Source of the DNA: Macrostomum hystrix
Lineage: Eukaryota; Animalia; Platyhelminthes
Assembly (NCBI GenBank): GCA_950097015.1
Contig: CATNEN010000007.1
Span: 2,294,001-2,358,000 of the forward strand
Direction of reading: 5' to 3'
DNA length: 64,000 bases
Shown here: positions 9,601 through 21,400 of the stretch, piece by piece
How the letters are laid out: each line of letters starts with the position of its first letter
How positions within the stretch are numbered: the first letter of the stretch is position 1
Notes under the pieces: generated by a model
Database searches by the model: none
What the model saw: only the letters and a program-made list of their open reading frames with translations
What the model was told of the DNA's origin: nothing
Position numbers and translations under genes: made by a program

Positions 9601-12291
9601 GAAACACCTACAGCTAGAGGTAAAAACTGCACCGTGCTCTCTTAGAACTTACTGAAACGATTCCAGCAGCGAAGAGCCGATCGCACAGGCCATTCATCCA
9701 GGCCAGGCCAAGGGTTGTGCCACTGTTCCACTGCGTAGCACTGCATTCAAATTTACGACGCTGTATCACAATTCCATGCGAAAAAGAAAATTCACTCAGC
9801 GCAACTCACCTCAGAAGAATAATCGTGTCGTACTTTAGATCCACCTGGCTCATCTTGTATAGGGTGAAGCTGTTCAGGGTGTTATCTGGACTGTTAGTAA
9901 TTGCGAAAACATCCGCAGACCAGACAATGATGTTCGTGAGCACTAGTCGCAGGTTCAGTTTTTGATACACCTGGAGCAATGGAGACGGCGAAGCGCTGGT
10001 TAACTTTTTAACGCCGGATAGAGTTAAAGTATTTTAAGATACACAGGTAAAAACTGGTGTTTTTACAATATCCTATCGCAAGGGGATCCCGTATTTATAG
10101 TATCTTGTCCTACCGTAAGGGGTATCCTGTGTTTATGGTATTTTGTCCTACCGCAACGGGTATCCTGTTTATGGTATCTTGTCCTGCCGCAACGGGTATC
10201 CTGTTTATGGTATCTTGTCCTGCCGCAAGGGGGATCCTGTTTATGGTATCTTGTCCTACCACAAGGGGATCCCGTGTTTATGGTATCTTGTCCTGCCGCA
10301 AGGGGATCCTGTGTTTATAGTATCTTGTCCTACCACAAGGGGATCCCGTGTTTATGGTATCTTGTCCTACGTCCTACCGCAAGGGGATCCCGTTTTTATG
10401 GTATCTTGTCCTACGTCCTACCGCAAGGGGGATCCCGTGTTTATGGTATCTTGTCCTACCGCAAGGGGATCCTGTGTTTATAGTATCTTGTCCTACCACA
10501 AGGGGATCCCGTGTTTATGGTATCTTGTCCTACGTCCTACCGCAAGGGGATCCCGTTTTTATGGTATCTTGTCCTACGTCCTACCGCAAGGGGATCCTGT
10601 GTTTATAGTATCTTGTCCTACCACAAGGGGATCCCGTGTTTATGGTATCTTGTCCTACGTCCTACCGCAAGGGGATCCCGTTTTTATGGTATCTTGTCCT
10701 ACGTCCTACCGCAAGGGGGATCCCGTGTTTATGGTATCTTGTCCTACCACAAGGGGATCCCGTGTTTATGGTATCTTGTCCTACGTCCTACCGCAAGGGG
10801 ATCCCGTTTTTATGGTATCTTGTCCTACGTCCTACCGCAAGGGGGATCCCGTGTTTATGGTATCGTGTAATGCCAAGATACCATATCTGTATCTTGTCCT
10901 GCCGCAAGGTGTATCCTGTTTATGGTATCTTGTCCTACCGCAAGGGGATCCTGTGTTTATAGTATCTTGTCCTACCACAAGGGGATCCCGTGTTTATGGT
11001 ATCTTGTCGTACGTCCTACCGCAAGGGGATCCCGTTTTTATGGTATCTTGTCCTACGTCCTACCGCAAGGGGGATCCCGTGTTTATGGTATCTTGTCCTA
11101 CCACAAGGGGATCCCGTGTTTATGGTATCTTGTCCTACGTCCTACCGCAAGGGGATCCCGTTTTTATGGCATCTTGTTCTATCGCAAGGGGATCCCGTTT
11201 TTATGGCATCTTGTCCTAACGCAAGGGTATCCCGTTTACGAAAACTTAAGGAGATTTTCTCAAGCATTAGCTACGAGCTGGCTTACTCCGTTGACGTAGT
11301 TTGTGATCTGCATTACACGGGCAACAGCATTTCCTTCGCTTCCTGCCTTGTTAACCTGATAATGGAGAGACCGATCTTTGACTTTTTTCCGAGAAAAATT
11401 CAAGAAGTGACTTTGATTTACTTACAAAGCTCCGATCGACAACGATGACAAGCTCCAGAACTTTTGTCACTGCAGCGTCTTGGAAGCCTCCGAGATTCAG
11501 AGCTCGCTTCTTCCGGATTGTCGGGTTCACTGCCTGAGTTCGGCCTGGTGTGTCCAGCTTCAGCTCATTCCATTCCTTCGGCGGAATTTTGTACTGACAC
11601 CGACTGACATTGTCCTCGTGAAGCTCGAAGCTTTCAGCGACTGCTGGCTCGGAGCTGTTTCGGAGACTGACTGCTCGGTACCAAGTCCCATTGTACTTGA
11701 AGGTCATTCTGCGGTGGACATGCCATACTGATAATAGTTTGCGGGGACAAGAATCAATGATCGCTGCATGAATGAAACTCACTTCAGCCGTCCCCGATGC
11801 TCGTTGGCAAACACGGAGTCGCCTGTTTTTGAGTTTCTCCCTTGGTAAAGGCAAGGAGCTCTGCGACTGGCCGTGAAATTGCTTCTGCTGGTGTGAACAA
11901 CTACCCGCTGGTTGATCACCGAACTGGAGAGAATAAACTCATGTGACTATAATGCGGGAAGTTTTTGCGTATTTTGGTTGTTCAAATCATTTTTCATACC
12001 TGGTTGACTGAGTGAGTGTGATGTTGTGCAGATCCGTTCCATTGACTGTTCTCACATGGACTGACACCCAGGGTCTGCAGTTGCTAGCCAAATCCTCAAT
12101 CTTCCACTCATAACTTCTCTGTCTAGATGACTCGCAGCAGACAAAGCAAAAGTAGCACACAACTGGAAGGTAAGTGCATTTCATGCTGAGAGGCGTTTCT
12201 AAAATATACACGAAGACTAAAATGTACACTCACCAAGGCAAGGATATAAGCTGGATTTTCTAATCCTAAAAAATCTGCTGTCGCATTTCAT
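3635..12291 (-). CDS. ADAM-family metalloprotease paralog B, complete (pro, M12B, disintegrin, Cys-rich, EGF-like, TM, Pro/Gln-rich cytoplasmic tail)
   Basis: 15 phase-consistent exons: 12234-12291, 12000-12162, 11783-11923, 11426-11708, 11287-11355, 9810-9970, 9653-9740, 9325-9476, 9053-9230, 7756-7983, 7400-7611, 5934-6108, 5676-5859, 5131-5555 and 3635-3775. Motifs: RKKR, HEIGHNLGFSH, CIM, CRAASGPCDMSETC disintegrin loop, CGLLQC, CNGNGVLTQAKLCFC, TM segment LLVWQLIAILVAAGVVVLIVIISV. The first and last exons are less certain than the core. Confidence 0.9.
3908..4232 (+). mobile_element. tRNA-headed SINE-like element, near full-length copy
   Basis: The head GGGGGTCAGTGGCAGAGTG has an A-box-like motif and a degenerate B-box (GAGCTCGATTC). 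The body is shared with copies at 8722-8949, 42506-42677 and 53221-53345. It ends in an (AAT/ATT)n tail. Confidence 0.7.
4539..4790 (+). mobile_element. 5' part of the same SINE family, interrupted by a MITE
   Basis: GTGGCAGAGCGGTC...AACGCGTTTGACTCTCGCACTAAGGTCTCTGAGCTGGATTC...GGCCACA matches the heads of the 3908 and 8949 copies once 4565-4713 is removed. Confidence 0.65.
4565..4713. mobile_element. ~150-bp MITE with PIF/Harbinger-like TIRs
   Basis: Left end GGCTCGTTTACACT; right end AGTGTAAATGAGTC (reverse complement GACTCATTTACACT, 12/14 match). TAA lies at both flanks, with one extra A on the left. The interior is AT-rich and non-coding. Confidence 0.6.
8722..8949 (-). mobile_element. 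SINE-like copy with an internal deletion, in an ADAM-B intron
   Basis: The reverse complement begins GGGGGTGAATGACGGAGCGGTTAACGCGTTTGCCTCTCGCACC. It shares the 3' end (GAATTGCCTCCCCGCTGGCTGCGGGTCCAGTGTCAC) with the other copies but lacks the central GAGCGAGTGCC...CAGGAGTC block. Confidence 0.65.
10058..11238. repeat. 37/44-bp minisatellite (CGCAAGGGGATCCCGTGTTTATGGTATCTTGTCCTAC, with or without GTCCTAC) in an ADAM-B intron
   Basis: Directly visible tandem units; they explain the overlapping ORFs at 10057-11448. Confidence 0.95.
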
Positions 12292-13518
12292 GTCAGCGCT
12301 GGTGAGTTAGCAGCTTGGAGTTGATGCTGAGCTCATCTAGCTGCCATTTTTTATACTAGCAGTGTTTCTTATTTAAGACCGGTCTCCTTACTAACCAGTA
12401 GAATCCAGTCCAGGCTGTCCGTACTCACAGGGTCTCCTTTTCTTTCTCCCCTCTTCACATGACGCTTCTCTTCCCCTCTCTCTAAAAGCCCATTGGTTTG
12501 GAGCTAGCTTTTCCACCTACACCCTACGCGAGCTGAGCTTTCTACTTCAGTGCTACTCAGAGTGAACGCGAGTGCAAAGCGCTAAAATGGAGATGTGCAC
12601 ATTGGTGAATCTTAGTCTATTGTGCGAGGGTAGAGGCTTGCGCAGCTATTCGGGGCTAAAATTTTAATGAAACTGTTGACTCAATATAGTTGCTCCTTTT
12701 GACTGAGTCATGGGTTGCATTGGAATATCAATTAGGAAGAGCTCAAACAACATCTGCCAATTATATGCAGCAAGTTTTTCCTTGGCTAAGCTATGACTAT
12801 CAGCCGCGATCAGTGAATAAGAAATGGACTGGGAGTTCTACGACCATGGGGGTAGCAAGAATGTGAATGTACTGTCAAAGATTTCTAGCCCATTTTCCTG
12901 CCAGCCTACTAGAACGAGCAACTCCGCTATCTGCCAGGCAAAACAGTAAACTGTGGCAATTGCACAGAGAACTATTAACAGGATTTTTAAGAATTTTTTA
13001 AAATTAAGCTTCTACATTCAAACACTTCTCCAGCATTTCGCTTTTTTGTTGATTGCTGACATTCAACGTTCTTTTTTATGTAAAGGTTGAAAGTTTGGAG
13101 TGAAGTCATATACTACCAACAGTAGTAAGTTTTGCGCTTCTTGCAAGCAGCTTTATATATAGAGTACTTGCGCTCAGTGCAGATTTGTCAGAGTGGATGC
13201 GCATAAATATTCATAGCAAGTGCTTGAGGCGCGTATTCTACAGCTAGGGTAAACTTATAATTCATTCGCGTAGGCTGACGCTCCAGTCAGATATGCAAGA
13301 GTCTCGTACACCTTTGAGACGCTCAATGCATTTGTCGGGCTGAGAAATTCTATCGTCCGTAAGGGCGGTAGGTCCAAATGTCTTACCTGTCGGTTCGATT
13401 TTGGCAAACCTGTGCTCAAAAAATTTTTTAAAGATTGTAAGGTGCAAGATAGTGCCGAAAAGGACTCAGGGGCAACCCTTAGACTTCATGGAAGCTGGTT
13501 AAAATTTGAATGTTTGCT

Positions 13519-13722
13519 GGACTGATGAAAGCAGGACCGATGAAAGCAGGAACAATGAAAGCAGGACCGATGAAAGCAGGACCGATGAAAGCAGGACCGA
13601 TGAAAGTAGGACCGATGAAAGCAGGACCGATGAAAGCAGGACCGATGAAAGCAGGACCGATGAAAGCAGGACCGATGAAAGTAGGACCGATGAAAGCAGG
13701 ACCGATGAAAGCAGGACCGATG
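13519..13722. repeat. 15-bp minisatellite (GATGAAAGCAGGACC), ~13 copies
   Basis: Direct tandem periodicity; source of the TDESR, MKAGP and SVLLS ORFs. Confidence 0.95.
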
Positions 13723-15449
13723 TGACATGGGTTACAGAAAGTACAGGTGGCTTATTGGATAGTGCCCTGGGGTTGCCTATGCCATGCAAAGCAACAATTG
13801 TCATGACAGGATTGTGGTTGGAGCTTGAGTTTGATTGTCTGAGAGGCGCAGAAACAGTCTTCTGGTAGTCTGAAGTCAGGGACCCCACATGAGGGCGTTG
13901 CTATCGCCATTGCCTTTTTAGTTGTCTTTAGATTCGATTGAAATATTTTCAAACTGATGCTCAACTGCCTTTTAATAATATCGGTGTTGTACTCTGAACT
14001 TCTTTTAGGATCTCGCAGGATAATCCAGATCTTTGCTTATATTCCAGCAGTGTAAGTTTCGGTCCTTAATTTGTACTTATGGATACGCAAGCTTTATTTT
14101 AGATCCGACCCATCAGCACTATATTAAGAGGCTACAATCAAGCAGACAAAGCGTGCAAGTTTTCGTGGATTTGTGAGTCAGGGTCTGCGTGACAAAAGTG
14201 CGATAACCACCCCCTAGAAGCTCCGGAGGAAGCGACCACGGGCAGCACTGTACACCTGGGCTTGCTTTATTGATTTTCTAAATAGCATGTCTGCCTTTCC
14301 TAAGCATTCCATTTCTCACCAACGTAGACCGTACCTGTACTCAGAAGGTGAGGAACTATAGCAAGAAGACTGGGTTGTAGCTGAGCGGAGAGAGCGAAAG
14401 AGTCTGTCAGCCAGAGCTCTGCATGGCTGTGTGGGCTGAATCGCTGTCTGAAATCTACGAAATCATCGGACCGTGGCATCCAAAAGAGGAGCCATCCCCA
14501 TGCTGCCACAGCCGCCCCTTCAGCCCCACCTTCCTCATTCTCGCTTCTCTCAATTATTTCACTCCTTCAATTAGCCCAGTGGCCTCCAGACCAGAGATGT
14601 GGGGTGGAGGTCTCAGAATGGGGACAGAGAATGCACCCATACTGCAGTTAGCTGAGTTGAGTGTACTCATCAACAGTAGAGAGAAAGAAACCGGAGCAGC
14701 GTGCACTAGCGACATTCATTCCAGTCTCTCTAAGCTGTGACTGTCTCTTCTCAATACCTTCTGTCGTGTCAGGCCAGAACAAGGCCAGCACAATGGAGGC
14801 TGCAGGCTGGACTCCTAGTGCCAACGTAAGTTCTGCCTTCATCATCTGAATAGAATGAATAAGGGGATATTAAGGAAGTTTGGAACAGCGAAGAATAGAA
14901 AGGCGAGAGGTGGAGCACGGCCAGTTTAGCCAGCCACCTCCACACATACACTCCCCCTCCAGAAGCCTCCGCAAGCTGCATACAAAAGGAGGCTTTCTGC
15001 ACTCTCACTCTGTCTTTTCTCGCTCCTCTCTCTCCCTCCCTCAGACCTGACAATTCAAGCCAGCCGACTGAGTGGAGAACAACGGGAGGCTTAGACTGAA
15101 ATCATTCTCCAAGCTCTGGACTATTGTATGTAAGTTACCACCGACAACTGCCAGACTGTAATATTCTATTCGATTTATATCTTCGCAATTTTGCTTAGTT
15201 TAATACCCTCGGTGAATAGTAAAAGTATACAGGCGAACAAAGCAATAAACATCTAAAGTTAATGTTTAATGTCTTTGTGTTCATGAATTAGTAAATGATA
15301 TGACGTTATACATGTACTATTTGCGCAGAATAGGGGCAGGAGTAGGGAAGCGGTTTGATGCAAAAATCGGACGGTACATTCTTCTAAAAGCTTGTTGAGC
15401 CAGTTTGTTAAAATGGCAAAACTCAAAATTTCCGCTCAGACTTAAAAGA

Positions 15450-18400
15450 ATGGCGGACGACACCCAGAAGCCAGAGCAACTGCCGGAAGATGAAGAGGAA
15501 GAAGTCATTCAACTGCCAGACGATGAAAATTATTCGGAGGCAACGATGGCGGCCGAGTTATTCAACATTATAGAGTCAGGCGACGTGGAGCAGCTAAAGC
15601 TCTACCATGAAAGTGGAAAATCGTTGGAAGGCCGTGCGCCGAATCCATTCCGAGACACTGCGGTACATCTCGCGGCCGTCTCTGGAAACCTAGAGATGCT
15701 GCGGTTCCTGCACGAGCACGGTCTCAGCATCCATGCCGAGAACCGCGATGGTAAGACCCCAGCGCATCTCGCCGCGGCAAATTCTCGCATCGACGTGCTT
15801 GAATATCTCAGAGAGGTTGATAAGACAGGGGAGATTCTGCTTGTCGTTGATCGTGAGGGCAACTCACTGGTCCACTGCGCTGAGACGCAGGAGGTTGTTG
15901 ATTACCTCCAAAGTCACGGACTGAACGCAGACGCCGACGAGAGCCGCCTGTCGCGCGAGCTACTGGCGCAGGTCAGATCCGGCGATCTTGACGCAGTAAA
16001 ACAGTTTCATGAGGCTGGCAAGAAAGTGCGCGGCCGCACTCGTAGCAGCGAGACAGTCATGCATATCGCCGCCGACGTCGGTCAAGTCGGCATCCTGCGC
16101 TTCCTGCATGAGACGGCCGGACTGCCGGTGGCTCTTGAAGACAACGAAGGTGACACTCCGGCTCACGCAGCCGCCATGGCCGGACAGACAGATGTTCTGC
16201 GTTACTTTCAAGAGGTTGACCCATCGCTACTGACGGCGCGGGACTACCTCGGCCGGACCCCAGCTCACTTTGCAGCGCAGGGCGGCTCAGTAGAAGCTCT
16301 AGAGCTGCTGCTTGACGCTGACACAACTGGCGAGATGCTCACCGCATTGGACGACGAAGAGAAGTCGTTGATGCACTACACAGAGAGTCAGGCAGTGGTA
16401 GACCTACTAATTAAGCGTGGCATTCCAATTAGCGTTGATGAGAGTCGTCTGTCCTCGGAGCTTATTAGCTTGATCAAAGCTGGAGATGCGGAGGCTGTTA
16501 AAGCGTACCACCTGGCAGGTAACAAGCTTTGCGGCTGCTATAGCGACGACGATATGCAGCAGCTTACGGCGGTGCACTTCGCTGCAGCTATGGGCGCGTG
16601 CGCCGTGCTCCGCTACCTGGACGATTGCGGCCTTGCTCTCGACGCCTCCGACAGCAGCGGTCGAAGCGCTGCTCATCTTGCCGCGCAGAATGGCAGCGCG
16701 GAGGTTCTCTCTTTCTTATATGAGCGTAAACCGGAGCTACTGTTGGCCAAGGACTACCAGGGACGGTCCCCGGCTCACCTGGCCGCTCTGCACGGAAGCC
16801 TGGAGGCACTGAGGATGCTACTCGAGCGTCGGCCGGAGCTATCCTCAGAGGCGGATCACTTCGGAAAAACTCCGTTGCAGTACGCAGACACTGTGGAGGC
16901 CTGTAGACTACTGACGGAAGCTGGTTGCCCCACACCTATGGAAGAGAGTCGTCTGGCTGATCAGGTAAACCTCTATTTACAGTGTGTTTATAGTAGACGT
17001 ATCTTACCTTATCTTCAACATCTTACCTTATCTTAACTTACCTGAACAGCCATTGTTTTTTGCTTTTATGGGCTATTGAGATTTTTTGGTACATCTAATG
17101 ATAGTATCCTTGCTCCATTGTCTAGGTGGTTGACATGGTGATGGCTTGTGAGCTGGAGCAGTTGCGTCAGTTCGCGGCCGGCGGCGGCAAGCTAGTCGGT
17201 CTGTACTCGGACGATAGCGTTCACGGCTTCACTTCTGTGCACTTTGCTGCAGGAGTCGGAAGTCGTGACATTGTCGACTTCCTGCACAGCCAGGGCGTTG
17301 GATTGACGGCCACCAACGAAGATGGCACCGCACCGGTGCACCTTGCTGCTAGGAACGGTCGACTCGGAGTTCTTGAATACCTCGTCGAAAAGGCCGGGCC
17401 GGAGGTCTTGGCTCTCCCAGACGCTAAGGGTCGGACCCCGGCGCACTTTGCTACATTAAACGGTCATATTGAGGTGCTGCAGTTCCTTGACCAGCAAGAT
17501 CCAAGTGGTGCACTCTTCCTGGCGTTGGATCGCGACGAAAAATCTTTGATGCATTTCGCGGAGTCCGGCGAGATCGCGCGCTTTCTTACGGAGAAAGGTG
17601 TGAAGACCAGCGCAGCTGAGAGCATTCTTTCGCAGCAGCTGTTCTACACCATCATGTCCGGCGATGTAGCCGCAGTTAAGAAGTTTGCTGCTGACGGCGG
17701 GAAACTCCAAGGTGAGGAAAGCGTAACTTGAAAGCTGCCTTTCCAAACTAAGCCCCAGTTATTCTCCAGCAAAGCTTTACTTTAGGACTACTTCTTATGA
17801 TTTATTCGTACGATTATATTTCATATTCATTATAGGAAGGTTATTCCGACATAGTTCGAGCGTACAAGCACAGGCAAAAATTAGTAGCAAGCTATTCATC
17901 GAAGTTAGTAGACTGAGCTCTGTCCCCCTAGTACTGAATAATGGACGAGCAAGCGCCTCAGAGTTTAGACAATCCAGCACGTTTTATGCACTGGGGCTAA
18001 GCTTCAAGCGCCTGAAGTTAATAATGCAAACCCTGAATACTCACAAATCGTATCTAACGAAAAAATTGGCCGGCTATTATATCTTAAACTTCGCGGATGT
18101 GTTGTGAAACTAAAAATACTGAGCAACAAAAATCAATCAAGAAAATGTAAAATTATTTGCTTATCTTTCTTCCCATCAATTGCTTAGAATTCAACCTGTT
18201 GCTTCTTCAAACAGGTCGCACCAATGATGAGCACCGCGGTACTGCAGTGCATGTGGCTAGCCTGAAGGGAAACGTCGCCCTGGTGGAGTTCCTGCACCAG
18301 GAGGGGCTCTCCCTGGACGCAGAGGACAGCAACGGCGATACAGCCGCCCACTTCGCCGCCATGAAGGGCCACACGGAACTGCTCGAATTTCTGTGCAACA

Positions 18401-21400
18401 CCTGTCAGGATGAGAAAGATTCGTGCAAGCCCTTAAAGGTGCGCAACATCCACGGCCAGACTCCTGGTCACCTTGCCGCTCTCAACGGCCACCTTGGTGT
18501 TCTACAATTCATCGCTAGTCGAGATCCATCTGGTGAACTGCTTAAAGCTCTTGACGACACGGGTCGCTCGCTACTGCAGTGTACGGACAGTGCAGATGTG
18601 TGTGATTTTCTTGAAAACCACGGCGTCACATTAGAATTCGAGGAGAGCAGAATTCCGAAGGATCTCATTAACATTCTGATGTCCGGAGAGCTAGAGTTTC
18701 TCAAGCAGTACCAGCGAGCTGGCAAACGTCTGAAAGGCATCACAGTCGGTCACTTTGTATCCATGCTCGGCCATTTAGAGCTGTTACAATTCCTGCACGA
18801 CCTCGGAATCAGCCTCATTACCAAAAACCGCGATGGCATTACACCAGCTCACTTGGCTGCTCGCAGCGGTCACGTGCATATACTAAAGTATATTAGAGAG
18901 ATAAGCCCTGATGAATTAGTGCTAGAAGCCAAAGATTCTTCGGGTCAAACTCCAGCACACCTGGCAGCACTAACAGGGCAACTTCAGGTTCTAGAATACC
19001 TTGTGTCCGAGCTAGGTGATGACAGTTGTCTGCAGGCAGTCGACAACTCAGGTAGGACCCTAATGCATTGCACGGATAGTGGCGAGATTGTAGCCTTTCT
19101 TCGAGGGCATGGAGTCAATACTGACGTCAACGCCAGCCGTCTGCATCATGATGTCATTGACGCTATCATGTCACAAGACCTTGAAGCACTGAAGGCTTTC
19201 TCTGAGGCTGGTGGAAAACTTCAGGGTATCTACCGAGGCGAGGACGTCGACGGTTTCTCTGCAGGACACTTTGCGGCTGCCGTCGGTTCAATAGAAATTA
19301 TTCAATTTTTAAATGATAATGACATTCAGCTCGACCTTCTCGATGCGGATGGAGCGACACCGGCACACCTGGCCTCCAGAAATGGACACTTGGAGGCTCT
19401 AATGCTGCTACAGTCTATCTGGAAAGTCGATCAGTCCGGCGACTTCCTACACCACACGGACTCTAATGGGCGCACCATGGGACATCTTGCTGCGATGAAC
19501 GGTCATCTAGATGTGATAAAGTATTTACACGACCTAGATGAAACCAAGACCATACTGCAGACGCTAGACACAGACGAAAGATCTCTAATCCACTACACTG
19601 ACAGCGGGCCAGTAGTTGAATTTCTTACCAGCTGTGGAGTTCAAACAAGTATCGACGAAAGCCGCCTCTCGAACCAGTTGGTACATATCCTTCAGTCTGG
19701 CAGTGTGCAGCAGTTGCGCGATTTTCTCGACTCTGGTGGAAAGCTCCGAGGACGAACCAACGACCAGAACTGGAATACTGCCGCCCATGTTGCTGCAGCT
19801 GAAGACCGCGCCGATTTACTTGCCGTTGTATATTCTTTGGATACGCACTGTCTGGAGCTACGCAACTTCGATGGCTGTACTCCGGCACACCTAGCTGCCC
19901 GCAGTGGTAGCCTAAATGTTCTGCGCTTTATACGGGACACGGATGCCGATCTTCTTCACGAGCTGGACTTCTATGGCGCTGGTCTGTTGCACTACGCGTC
20001 TAGCCCGGAGGTGCTCCAGTTTCTGCTCGTTGAAGCTCGCTTAGATCCGTTTGCAGCGGACGACAATGGTGCTACTATTGGCCATGCAGCTAGCCTAAAT
20101 GGCTGCTGCGATGTTCTTCTGTGCCTGCGCGACCATCCGGAGCTGCGCAGGCTGCTATTCTCTGTAGACGCGACAGGCAAGACACCGATGCATTACGCGG
20201 AGAGCGCTGAGGTTGCTGAATTACTCCAGGAAGCCGGACTGGACACCAGACCGGAAGAAAGTAGACTTTCACGCGATCTCTTTAATATTTGCATGTCTGG
20301 TGACCTACACAGCCTGCAAGAGTTTCACGCCTGTGGATACAAATTGCTTGGTCGAACTGCCGACCGCTACGGCGGAAATGCCGCTCATGTAGCCACTGTA
20401 GCCGGTCATCTCCCAGTTTTGCGGTACCTTGCGGATAACGGCGTCGATATAGCCTTTCGAGACTTTGAAGGAAACACACCGGCGCATTTGGCCGTTTGGG
20501 CAAATGATTTGGAAATACTGCGCTTTTTACTTGAGCATGACAAGAAAGGCGACATACTTGAAGCACAAGACTTAGAGGGCCGGACACCAATGCATCTCGC
20601 TGAGAGTGCAGAGATCGCCGCTTTCCTTGAACGCTGTGGCTCTCAAACACCAATTAGCGAAAGTCGCTTGCCTGCTCAGCTAATTAGCATTATTCGATCC
20701 GGGGAGATGTCCGCTCTCGAGGCCTATTATGAAGCCGGTGGGAAAATACTTGGTCGAACCAGTGACGCTTTCGGAGATACAGCCATTCATGTGGCCGCAA
20801 TGGAAGGCCGTCCTGAGATGATCCGATTCCTGCACACTCATGGATTGGACGTAACAGCTGAAAACCGAGCCGATCAAGTTCGCCCAGCGCATCTGGCTGC
20901 GCTTAAGGGTCACCTGGAAGTAATGCGCTGCATCTTGGAATTGGCCGGTCCTGAGGCTCTACGAGTCGAGACTGAAGGCGGCAGCAGCTGCATGCACTGC
21001 GCTGTTCAGGGGGGCAACCAAGAAGCTGTGAAGTTTCTTCGCTCCGAGATTAATCTGCCAGTTGACAAGGCGAACAGGGCTGGCACGGCACCTGCACATT
21101 TTGCCGCACGCTACGGCCGACTTGACATTCTGGAATACCTTGCCAGCGAGGACACTAGCGGCAATTTGCTGCAGATCCGCGACGGAAGTAATCAAACACT
21201 GATGCACTACGCAAGCACTACGGAATTGGTTCGATATCTACATGAGAACGGGCTATCAACAATGGCAGTTGATGATAATGGAGCTACACCTGGTCACTGG
21301 GCTGCACAGTACAATTTAGCACCTGTGCTACGTCTCCTATGCGAATTTGACAAGCCAGAGACTGTACTCTTGGCTGAGGACAACAGAGGCGAGACACCAG

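Noticed and set aside
11987-12184. MKCTYLPVV... as the ADAM-B start within a single first exon
   Set aside because: An acceptor at 12163 gives an exon of exactly the paralog's length (163 nt), and an upstream ATG exon (12234-12291) with a GTGAGT donor fits the phase, so the two-exon start is preferred.
13262-15060. Possible minus-strand gene head-to-head with the ankyrin gene (Ser/Thr-rich ORF fragments, some splice-like sites)
   Set aside because: I could not assemble phase-consistent exons or recognise any domain. It could be a lncRNA or a fast-evolving gene and needs RNA-seq.
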